Source of the DNA: Candidatus Omnitrophica bacterium UBA6253
GTDB lineage: Bacteria > Omnitrophota > Gorgyraeia > Gygaellales > Profunditerraquicolaceae
Direction of reading: 5' to 3'
Length of the DNA stretch: 64,000 nt
Assembly: GCA_002441245.1 (NCBI GenBank)
Contig: DJVP01000012.1
Coordinates: 47,458 to 111,457, forward strand
The first letter of the stretch is position 1; each line of letters begins with the position of its first letter. The position numbers and the translations under genes were made by a program. The notes under the pieces are model-generated. The model did not search any database, was not told the origin of the DNA, and saw only the letters and a list, made by a program, of their open reading frames with translations. Shown here piece by piece: positions 19,068 to 27,107 of this stretch.

Positions 19068-21980
19068 CTAACGTATTACTGCGTGCGGGCAGATTTGGTT
19101 GTAGGCACAATATGTGCAGGCCTTGTATTCGGGTTTAGCCGGATAACTCTGCTGTCGAACCCCCGCGGAAACCTCCAGGATATCATCTTTTACATCATCT
19201 AAACCCTCTTCAGTAATTTCATACCTGCCAATAATCCCGGATTCCAAAAAGTATAGTTCTACTGCAATCGGCAGAACTCCGAATGCATACTGATAAGCCA
19301 GGGCATAAAGCCTAAGCTGCTTACTTTCCTTAACCCGCTTATCCGCATCCATCTGGGCCTTAATCGCTGAAGTCTTAAAATCCATAATTACCGCGCCGTC
19401 CTTCTCCATATCTATACGGTCAAATCTTCCGGTAATTTTATTATCCCCGATTATAAAAGAAAAATCTTTTTCAATAAATTTTGGGGCTGACTTACGGCTT
19501 TCTTCATCTTTATAAAATCTGATTAATGCCTCCCTGCCGATACGAAAACGCTCCTCCTGATGGTTGGCATCAAGAAATCCCTGGGGATCAAAATTAGCTT
19601 CAAAACAATCCAAAAGCTCATCCATAGCGACCTTATCGCCTTTAAGCTTACGTAACAGGTATTGGCTGACTGCTTCATGCATTGCCCTGCCATAAATAAC
19701 TGTATGATGCTCCATAATCGGCACGCGTAGTATATTTACATATTTATATTTCAAAGGGCAGGTCAAATAATCATCTATCTGATAATAACTTAAGCTAACC
19801 AGTTTTCCTTCTGGTATCTTCTGAACAGGTGTTTTAGGCAATTCTTTAGCCGGGGCAAAACGCTGAATGCTCTCCAGGCTTGAGGTTTTTTTCTTTTCAG
19901 TATCCGCATTTTGCTGCTTTCCCAAGGCCTCCAGCACAAATTGGCTTACCTTGCGCAGCCGCTTGCCTCCGTAATCTTCGGCGCTGGTCAGGTACAACTC
20001 CTCTTTGGCGCGCGTCATTCCTACATAAAAAAGCCTACGCTCCTCTTGAATATGAAAATCTCCGGTAGGAAGAACCTCCTTGATCAAAGTATCCGGCAGT
20101 TCAATCTGCTGAGAACGTTTAGGAAGAGGAAATTTCCCCTGCACCAGGCTGACTAAAAATACTACCCGAAACTCCAGCCCTTTAGCTTTATGTATAGTTA
20201 AAATATTCACCGCATCCTGGTCTAAATCCGCTTCAACTGTCGGCGGGTCATCCCCTGATTCAATGAGCAAGTTAAGGTGCCTGATAAAACTGATTACCCT
20301 GTCCTCTTTAGCTACTAATTCGAAATCACGCACCTGGTTAAAAAACTTAGCGATATTCTGGATTTTAGTTTCTTTTGTTAAGCTGGGATTATGCGTCAGG
20401 AATTTAAGATAACCCGTATCAGTTAAAAAGCTATAAAGCAGCCTTCCGGTTGTCTCATCACGGGAAACCTGCAAAAATTTATCAATATCCGCAAGCACCT
20501 TCCCTATGTTTTCCTTAGTCTTATCCTTTAGCTGGCTTAACTCGGGAATATTTTCTAAATCACTGAATACATCATAAAGCGTACGGTTTCTCCGGCGGCT
20601 GAAGTGATTGCACAATGTCAAATCCGCAAGGTCTATTTTATAAACCTCAGAGCTAACTAAATAATACAAACTTAAAGAATCTGAAGGATTAGCAATTACG
20701 CGTAGGAAATTAATGCACAATTTAACCTCTTCCCGGCCATATAGCCCCTGATTGCCGCTGAATTGCCAGGGAATATTCTGCATATTTAATGACTGGATAA
20801 ACCCTTGGGCATCAGAATTTGAACGCACAAGAATAGCAAAATCCCTATATTTAAACTTACCTAGACTTACCTTTTCTTGTATAATCTTACCTACATTATC
20901 AGTTTCAGCTGAATGTGTATCAAAATGCAAATGCACAGGCTTAGCACCCTCTTTAACTAAGCCAATAAGATGTTTACTAATCTTCGCCTTTATCTCAAAA
21001 CGCTCCGGATTATTATTCTGGATTAGCTGATAAGAGCTATCCAGGATCGGTTGAGTAGAACGATAATTCTGTATCAGAGTGATCTTCCTAGCCTCAGGAT
21101 ATTCTTCTATAAAATTCAGCACATTACTATAAGCAGCCCCGCGCCAACGATAAATACACTGGTCATCGTCTGCAACGACAGTAATATTCTTTGTTGCGCC
21201 TGCCAAAAGCTTTACAATTTGAAACTGCGCAAAATTCGTATCCTGAAATTCATCTACCAGAATATATTTAAATTGTTTTTGATAATTTTGCAGAATTAAA
21301 GGATGCTCGCGCAACAACTGCAGACTTAAATAAAACTGATTGCCAAAATCAATAAGGCCTTCTTTAGCTAAAAGCTCCTGATATTTAACGTAAGCAGATG
21401 CCACCTCCATCTGCTGCTCTGCCAATTCCTGGCTAGCCTTATCTTCCTGACCAGCATTAGCCTGAATCAAGAAATCTTGGGCATATTTCAAATATTCCCC
21501 GGCTGAGATATCTTCATCTTTTGCCCGGCTGAAAAATGAAATCAGCGCTTCAATAAAACGCGTAGGCTCTGCTAATGGCCGGTAATAATTAAGCGTGAAC
21601 TCAAAAAGATGTTCGCGGAAGAATACTGCGGATTCTGGCCGGGCAAGCACTTTAAAATCAGGATTTAGCCCGGCAACTAAAGCATTCTCCCGCAAGATGC
21701 GGTCACCAAAAGCATGAAAGGTAGATATCCAGATATCCGTGTACCCATAAGGCATCAGGATATCCACCCTCTCCTGCATCTCTCTGGCTGCCTTATCCGT
21801 AAAGGTAAGCGCTAAAATCTCATCGGTCTTAGCCAGACCCTGGTTTATAAGCCAGGCAATACGCTGAGTAACCAGGCGGGTCTTTCCTGTGCCTGCGCCG
21901 GCAATAATTAAAAGCGGGCCGCTAGCATGTTTAACCGCCTCTACCTGCTCTTTATTTAACCCCTCTAAGACTTTATCCAT
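19068..21980 (-). CDS. UvrD/PcrA-family SF1 helicase fused to a C-terminal PD-(D/E)XK (RecB/Cas4-like) nuclease with a Cys cluster
   Basis: 970 aa: N-terminal Walker A AGAGTGKT and UvrD motifs; the C-terminus carries a nuclease core plus a C...CxxCxxxxxC cluster (CTYCAYNQICP) as in AddB/Cas4 iron-sulfur nucleases. Confidence 0.8.
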   Translation of the reverse strand: MDKVLEGLNKEQVEAVKHASGPLLIIAGAGTGKTRLVTQRIAWLINQGLAKTDEILALTFTDKAAREMQERVDILMPYGYTDIWISTFHAFGDRILRENALVAGLNPDFKVLARPESAVFFREHLFEFTLNYYRPLAEPTRFIEALISFFSRAKDEDISAGEYLKYAQDFLIQANAGQEDKASQELAEQQMEVASAYVKYQELLAKEGLIDFGNQFYLSLQLLREHPLILQNYQKQFKYILVDEFQDTNFAQFQIVKLLAGATKNITVVADDDQCIYRWRGAAYSNVLNFIEEYPEARKITLIQNYRSTQPILDSSYQLIQNNNPERFEIKAKISKHLIGLVKEGAKPVHLHFDTHSAETDNVGKIIQEKVSLGKFKYRDFAILVRSNSDAQGFIQSLNMQNIPWQFSGNQGLYGREEVKLCINFLRVIANPSDSLSLYYLVSSEVYKIDLADLTLCNHFSRRRNRTLYDVFSDLENIPELSQLKDKTKENIGKVLADIDKFLQVSRDETTGRLLYSFLTDTGYLKFLTHNPSLTKETKIQNIAKFFNQVRDFELVAKEDRVISFIRHLNLLIESGDDPPTVEADLDQDAVNILTIHKAKGLEFRVVFLVSLVQGKFPLPKRSQQIELPDTLIKEVLPTGDFHIQEERRLFYVGMTRAKEELYLTSAEDYGGKRLRKVSQFVLEALGKQQNADTEKKKTSSLESIQRFAPAKELPKTPVQKIPEGKLVSLSYYQIDDYLTCPLKYKYVNILRVPIMEHHTVIYGRAMHEAVSQYLLRKLKGDKVAMDELLDCFEANFDPQGFLDANHQEERFRIGREALIRFYKDEESRKSAPKFIEKDFSFIIGDNKITGRFDRIDMEKDGAVIMDFKTSAIKAQMDADKRVKESKQLRLYALAYQYAFGVLPIAVELYFLESGIIGRYEITEEGLDDVKDDILEVSAGVRQQSYPAKPEYKACTYCAYNQICPHAVIR

Positions 21981-21986
21981 AACAGC

Positions 21987-23027
21987 TCAATCTCTATTAA
22001 TAACATGTATCATTTCATAAAGCCTGCCATAATTGCGCATATTAAAATTCATCGCCAGGCGAGGCAGATTAAGAAACTCCCCCTCCTGAATTTCTTTAAC
22101 CGCAGGAGGCGAAACCGTGATTTCGCCACTGATTAAAATATCTTTGAACTTTTTATTTAAAAGTTTCAGCGTCTTGCCGGAAATCTCCCTATTCAGCCTT
22201 AACACAGCCAGTCCCGCGACATACCTTATCGAGTGATATACCTTATAAAAATCTTCAATATGCTTAATTGCCGCATCAACAGATTTTACAACATGAATAA
22301 GGCTAAGGTCGTCTTTGTTAATATATCCCTTCTTAACTAACTGACTTTTTACAAAATGCATCCACCCGGCCCAATAGTTTGAACCTTTAGGCTCCATTAA
22401 AACTATAGGCCGGGGCCGGGACTTACCCGTTTGGACCAAGGTAATCATTTCAAACCCCTCATCCATGGTGCCAAAACCACCCGGAAAAAGTGCGGTAGCG
22501 TCAGTCTCTTTTACAAAAACTAGTTTCCTGGTAAAAAAATATTTGAAGTTTATTATTTTATCTTTTTCATCTATGTATGGGTTAGGTTTTTGTTCAAAGG
22601 GAAGGCGGATATTTAAAGCAAATTCCTTACCCGATTCAGCTCCTTTATTGCCTGCCTCCATTACTCCCGGCCCGCCTCCGGTTACAACCATATAATTTCT
22701 CTTAGAAAGCTTACGCGAAAATTCTTCAGCCATTTTATATTCAGCTGATTTAACCTTTGATCTGGCTGAGCCAAAAATGATTACCTTTTTAATTGCCCTG
22801 TAAGGAGAAAATATCTTAAAAGAATAACGTAGTTCCTTAAGCGCGTTATTCACAAGTTTGAGATCTCCCCTGTCTCCGGACTCCCTGCCCAACTTAACAG
22901 TAGTAGTTAATATCTGACACAGCAAATTCTCGGTTTCAGCGGAACTGGATTTTCTAACCAACTCGTTTATCAGGTTATCTATAACCTGTTCCCCTACTTC
23001 ATAATTCTTTATATTCTTTTCCATCAT
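21987..23027 (-). CDS. LOG-family (TIGR00730) nucleotide 5'-monophosphate nucleosidase-like protein with N-terminal extension
   Basis: 346 aa carrying the LOG motifs GGGPGVMEA and PGGFGTMDE. Confidence 0.75.
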   Translation of the reverse strand: MMEKNIKNYEVGEQVIDNLINELVRKSSSAETENLLCQILTTTVKLGRESGDRGDLKLVNNALKELRYSFKIFSPYRAIKKVIIFGSARSKVKSAEYKMAEEFSRKLSKRNYMVVTGGGPGVMEAGNKGAESGKEFALNIRLPFEQKPNPYIDEKDKIINFKYFFTRKLVFVKETDATALFPGGFGTMDEGFEMITLVQTGKSRPRPIVLMEPKGSNYWAGWMHFVKSQLVKKGYINKDDLSLIHVVKSVDAAIKHIEDFYKVYHSIRYVAGLAVLRLNREISGKTLKLLNKKFKDILISGEITVSPPAVKEIQEGEFLNLPRLAMNFNMRNYGRLYEMIHVINRD

Positions 23028-23365
23028 TTGAGAAAACCCAGTTTACGTAATTCCTCTTCGGCCTGTTTTCGAAAATCCCCCTGCAATTCAATGGTATAAT
23101 CTTTTACCGAGCCGCCGGTACCAAAACGCTGCTTTAATTTTCTAGCCAAATCCAGGAGCCCGGCTTCATTTAAAGCTAAACCAGTAATCAACGTCATCCC
23201 TTTTCCTTTGCGTCCTTTAATTTCATAACGTATGCGCACAACGCCATCAATATCAGGCACAACCGCCTTATTCATCCGGCTACAGGCACAGCTACCAATA
23301 GCCTGCCCGCATCCAGAACAGATTGAACCTTGAGAAGTAGAATAAACTAAATTAGAATTCAACAT
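23024..23365 (-). CDS. yciH: translation initiation factor SUI1/YciH family
   Basis: 113 aa with the SUI1 core (GRKGKGMTLITGL...GTGGSVKD). The N-terminus has a small Cys-rich insert. Confidence 0.8.
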   Translation of the reverse strand: MLNSNLVYSTSQGSICSGCGQAIGSCACSRMNKAVVPDIDGVVRIRYEIKGRKGKGMTLITGLALNEAGLLDLARKLKQRFGTGGSVKDYTIELQGDFRKQAEEELRKLGFLK

Positions 23366-23366
23366 A

Positions 23367-25907
23367 TCAGGCCCCCCTGCCAGAAGCTCTTTTTAAATCA
23401 TTAATCAAATTAAGGGGAATTTTATACCCTAATTCTTCTGCCTTATGCACATCTTTCCAGCTTTTATCGTAGTCTTTTTTTAATAAATAAACAGTCCCTC
23501 TATTGCAATATGCCTTGGAATACGCAGGGTTAATTTCTATGGCCTTGCTGTAGTCAGAGATAGCCAGCTCAAGATCTCCTTTATCATAATACACGCTTCC
23601 CCGGTTACAGTAGGCCTTGGAATACGCAGGGTTAATTTCTATGGCCTTGCTGTAGTCAGAGATAGCCAGCTCAAGTTTCCCTCTAACATGGTAAGTAATT
23701 CCCCTGCTATTATAGATTTCAGCATCCCTAGGATTATTTTCTATGGCCTTGCTGTAGTCAGAAATAGCCTGCACAAGATCGTCTTTATCATGGTAGACGC
23801 TTCCCCGGTTACAGTAGGCCTTGGAATACGCAGGGTTAATTTCTATGGCCCTGCTGTAGTCAGAGATAGCCAGCTCAAGTTTACCCTTTTTATGATAAGC
23901 AATGCCCCGGTTATTATAAACCTCCGCGTCTTTGGGATTATTTTCTATGGCTTTGCTGTAGTCAAAGATAGCTTGTTCAAGATTACCCTTTTTATAATAG
24001 GCAATTCCCCTGTCATTATAAGCCTCTGCATACTGGGGATTAATTTCTATGGCCCTGCTGTAGTCAGAGATAGCCAGCTCAAGTTTACCCTTTTTATGAT
24101 AAGCAATGCCCCGGTTATTATAAGCCTCTGCATACTGGGGATCTATTTCTATAGCCTTATTATAATCAGATATAGCCAGCTCAAGATCTCCTTTGTCATA
24201 ATACACGCTTCCCCGGTTACAATATACCTTGGGATATACAGGATTTATTTCTATGACTCTGCTGTAATCAGAGACAGCTTGCGCAAGATTACCTTTATCA
24301 TAGTAGGCTTTACCGCGGCTATAATAGGCATCGGCATATTCGGGATTTATTGCTATGGCTTTATTGTAATCAGAAATAGCCTGCACAAGGTTGCCTTTCT
24401 TATAATAAAAAACTCCCCGGTTGTAATAAGCCTTGAGATATACCGGGTTAATTTCTATGGCCTTGCTGTAATCAGCAATAGCTTGTTCAAGGCTCTCTTT
24501 ATCATAATAGGCATTTCCACGGCTATAATAGGCATCGGCATATTCGGGATTTATTGCTATGGCTTTATCATAACAGGCAAGGCCGTTCTCGTGTTTGCCA
24601 AGGGAATACAAAGAAACCCCCTTATTCAAGATTTCCCAAGCCTCCAGTTTTGTGCCTTCCAGCGGAGTTATTTTCTTCCCGGTTTCCTTTAAAAACAATT
24701 CCTGCAAATCTGTTCTCAGTGCTGCAAAATTTGCATATCTTTTATTGGGGTCTTTTTCTAAACATTTCGAAATAATAGCAAAAAGAGGAGAATCAAGGTA
24801 TGGGACTGTTCCGTCCTTATGCGACTTCTCATATTCCAGCGGATTTCTGCCGGTAAAAGGCAATGCCCCGCATTTTGCCATTTGATAAAGAACAACGCCA
24901 AAAGAATAGATGTCGCTTACCTGATTTATCTGGCCATCAAATTGCTCAGGGGCCATATAGGCAAGCGTGCCGCTTCTTACGCCACCAACCCCTTTAAAAA
25001 TACTCAAATCTGAATCTTTGTTTTCCGGAATATGCTCGTTAAACTCAATCTCTTGCGATAATTTCGCAAATCCAAAATCAGTTATTTTTACGGTTTTATC
25101 CGGAGTAATCATAATATTATTTGGTTTTATATTTCCATGGGCCTTGATTTCTTTTGCATAAGCATATTCCATGCCATAACAGAACTCTATGGAATACTTA
25201 AGGGCTTCAGGAAAAGTTAAATTATCCAGATAGTGACTTAAGGTATTTCTTCCATTTTCGTCCGGAGCTATATAATCAATGACAACAAATGGATAGTTTT
25301 CTATCCGTATAACTACGTAGGCACTTACTATATAGGGGTATTTACCTAACCCTATCCAGGCAAGCGCTTCTTTTTCAAAGAAGGCCTGACTTTGCGAAGG
25401 AACCAGAAATTTTCTCTGGAGAGTCTTCAATACGTAGGGAGCCCGGTTTATATTGTCATAACAGGCGCAGGCGATCCCCATGCCGGCATCCAGGACATGA
25501 TATACCTCATAACGGCCATATATAGAATCTCCGGCTTTTATTTTAGTGGCCAAATCCGGGGTGGCACTCTCTTTCTTTTTTGGCTCATTTAAGGAGTCAT
25601 TGAGCAAAACAATTAACTTGGTATCCCCCAGGGCGATAATATCTTTATCTTTTAATTCTTTTTTACCGTGTATGAGAATATTGTTTAGAAGCGTGCCGTT
25701 TACGCTATTTAAATCCTCAATAAAACAAAGGTCGGCCTCCCGGTAAATCAGCGCATGCATCCTTGAGCAATAATCATCATAAGCAATCTTAATCGCCGCC
25801 TCATCGCCCCTGCCTATCAATACAGGCGACCCCGGCCTAACAAAGACCTTCTGATCTTTCAGGGGGCCGGTTAATACTGAAACGCTTATAATTTTCTCTG
25901 AATTCAT
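23367..25907 (-). CDS. FHA domain - Hanks-type Ser/Thr protein kinase-like domain - TPR repeat protein (catalytic loop HGN, probable pseudokinase)
   Basis: 846 aa: N-terminal FHA domain (GRGDEAAIKI...SRMHALI), a kinase domain with VLK, DFG and APE motifs but HGNIKPNN in place of HRDLKPxN, and about 12 C-terminal 34-aa TPR units. Confidence 0.85.
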   Translation of the reverse strand: MNSEKIISVSVLTGPLKDQKVFVRPGSPVLIGRGDEAAIKIAYDDYCSRMHALIYREADLCFIEDLNSVNGTLLNNILIHGKKELKDKDIIALGDTKLIVLLNDSLNEPKKKESATPDLATKIKAGDSIYGRYEVYHVLDAGMGIACACYDNINRAPYVLKTLQRKFLVPSQSQAFFEKEALAWIGLGKYPYIVSAYVVIRIENYPFVVIDYIAPDENGRNTLSHYLDNLTFPEALKYSIEFCYGMEYAYAKEIKAHGNIKPNNIMITPDKTVKITDFGFAKLSQEIEFNEHIPENKDSDLSIFKGVGGVRSGTLAYMAPEQFDGQINQVSDIYSFGVVLYQMAKCGALPFTGRNPLEYEKSHKDGTVPYLDSPLFAIISKCLEKDPNKRYANFAALRTDLQELFLKETGKKITPLEGTKLEAWEILNKGVSLYSLGKHENGLACYDKAIAINPEYADAYYSRGNAYYDKESLEQAIADYSKAIEINPVYLKAYYNRGVFYYKKGNLVQAISDYNKAIAINPEYADAYYSRGKAYYDKGNLAQAVSDYSRVIEINPVYPKVYCNRGSVYYDKGDLELAISDYNKAIEIDPQYAEAYNNRGIAYHKKGKLELAISDYSRAIEINPQYAEAYNDRGIAYYKKGNLEQAIFDYSKAIENNPKDAEVYNNRGIAYHKKGKLELAISDYSRAIEINPAYSKAYCNRGSVYHDKDDLVQAISDYSKAIENNPRDAEIYNSRGITYHVRGKLELAISDYSKAIEINPAYSKAYCNRGSVYYDKGDLELAISDYSKAIEINPAYSKAYCNRGTVYLLKKDYDKSWKDVHKAEELGYKIPLNLINDLKRASGRGA
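23400..24560. repeat. in-frame ~102-bp tandem DNA repeats encoding TPR units (several near-identical copies)
   Basis: For example, 23826-23930 is almost identical to 24040-24130, and the motif gccttggaatacgcagggttaatttctatggcc recurs. Confidence 0.6.
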
Positions 25908-25938
25908 TTTACCTGTTTAAGTTAACCCTTCAAGCAGC

Positions 25939-26079
25939 TTAAGGAAGCTTGACTGGTTCCGGGCTCTCATTTAACTTGGACATTTTTTTATTCAGCTTCA
26001 ATAATCTTTTCGCCTCTTGTTTCTTTTTTCTTGCTTGTTCCTTAAGGTTCTTTTGAAATGAATAATTAACTATTGCCAT
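25939..26079 (-). CDS. small basic protein (46 aa), hypothetical
   Basis: AGGAGGGG Shine-Dalgarno sequence 5 nt upstream of an internal ATG (MAIVNYSFQKNLKEQARKKK...). Lys-rich. The ORF track extends to 26124. Confidence 0.4.
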   Translation of the reverse strand: MAIVNYSFQKNLKEQARKKKQEAKRLLKLNKKMSKLNESPEPVKLP

Positions 26080-26139
26080 AATCTTCCCCTCCTCTTTTAT
26101 TGCTTCCAATTCCGGAAAAAGCAAAGACTCCTATTAAAA

Positions 26140-26298
26140 TTATTTTTCTTTTAACAAGGCAATGCCACTTAACACGCAGAATACCAATGTTATGGAATTG
26201 TAGACACTCCAGTAAGTGTCATTGGCTAAAACCATACCCACAATTGTGTAAACCGCAAGAACCAACAACAAAAATCCAATTACTTTATTCTTTTTCAT
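26140..26298 (-). CDS. small membrane protein (52 aa), hypothetical
   Basis: Not in the ORF track (under 60 aa). Hand translation gives MKKNKVIGFLLLVLAVYTIVGMVLANDTYWSVYNSITLVFCVLSGIALLKEK, with an AAGGAGG Shine-Dalgarno directly upstream and two predicted TM helices. Confidence 0.45.
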   Translation of the reverse strand: MKKNKVIGFLLLVLAVYTIVGMVLANDTYWSVYNSITLVFCVLSGIALLKEK

Positions 26299-26390
26299 GC
26301 CTGCCTCCTTTTATCCCTCCGGATCCTGACTGCCCTGCTAATCTATCTCAAGCCCTACGACAAACAGTGTACACCCCCAAGAAAAAGGCT

Positions 26391-26627
26391 TCAATAGTTA
26401 AAAAGGTCCTTTAATGCATACTGCTTTTCCGCAGCCTCGTTCAAAGCATTAAGTATTCGGTGTTGGATTTTTAAATTCAAACGCCTGCCTCTGACTGCCC
26501 GGCTTACCATCTTATGCGTAATCTGTTCGGTAGATATGCTCACCAGATCATGTGGCTTAAATCCATGTTCAGCCATAATCTTGGCAATCGGCTGTTCCCC
26601 CAACTCTCGTTCAATTTCGTCATTCAT
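26391..26627 (-). CDS. hypothetical small protein (78 aa)
   Basis: ORF with no recognisable family and a weak ribosome-binding site. First gene of the small-protein, kinase and helicase string. Confidence 0.35.
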   Translation of the reverse strand: MNDEIERELGEQPIAKIMAEHGFKPHDLVSISTEQITHKMVSRAVRGRRLNLKIQHRILNALNEAAEKQYALKDLFNY

Positions 26628-26734
26628 GGCAAGAAAACAGTTCTATTCTTAAAATAGCGGTTGACAATGGCTAATTCTTTGGAGGCGGTTGCCGAGAGGC
26701 GACAGGCATCGACAGGGCCCGCATATATTCTATC

Positions 26735-26762
26735 TTGACAATACCGTAATTTCAAGTATACT
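26735..26762 (+). promoter_or_regulatory. sigma70-like promoter (TTGACA-16 nt-TATACT) for rpmB
   Basis: Consensus -35 and near-consensus -10 about 95 nt upstream of the rpmB ATG. An AAGGAG Shine-Dalgarno lies before the start. Confidence 0.45.
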
Positions 26763-26855
26763 TAATAAACTTAAAGAAAAAATCTTCTTGGTTCGCGTCA
26801 TTTACAAAGATTTCGCTGAATTTTAAATTAAGGCACTCAAAAAGGAGCTCTAAAA

Positions 26856-27107
26856 ATGCTTAAAAAATGTGTACTCTGCGAAAAAGGCTCACTTAACGGA
26901 AAATCAATCGCCAGAAAAGGCCAGTATAAAGCCAAGGGTGGAACCGGTTCAAAGATCGCCCGCTGGTCCAAGCGCAAATTTCTTCCCAATCTTCAGAAAA
27001 TGCGCATACTGATTAAAGGCATACCTCAGAGTGTCTTTATCTGCGCCAAATGTATCAAAAAAGGCGATTTCAAAAAGGCCATCCCCAGAGCTAAAACCAC
27101 TATTTAA
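26856..27107 (+). CDS. rpmB: 50S ribosomal protein L28 (C4 zinc-ribbon form)
   Basis: 83 aa with the KRKFLPNLQ core of bL28 and a CxxC...CxxC cluster (CVLC...CAKC). The 3' end overlaps the recJ 3' end. Confidence 0.75.
   Translation: MLKKCVLCEKGSLNGKSIARKGQYKAKGGTGSKIARWSKRKFLPNLQKMRILIKGIPQSVFICAKCIKKGDFKKAIPRAKTTI

Noticed and set aside
19057-19078. Stem-loop taatacgt-cggcta-acgtatta, considered as the helicase terminator
   Set aside because: It has no downstream U-tract on the minus strand and overlaps the stop codon. Its function is uncertain, so it is not listed as a feature.
23400-24560. Possible CRISPR array or DGR variable repeat
   Set aside because: The repeats are 102-bp, in-frame coding TPR units with no spacers. 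There is no cas gene or reverse transcriptase gene.
23688-24692. 334-aa plus-strand ORF antisense to the kinase TPR region
   Set aside because: It is an artefact of the in-frame tandem repeats on the opposite strand. The translation is low-complexity and repetitive, and it has no Shine-Dalgarno.
26100-26414. 104-aa plus-strand ORF
   Set aside because: It is antisense to the well-supported 52-aa membrane-protein gene, which has a perfect Shine-Dalgarno.
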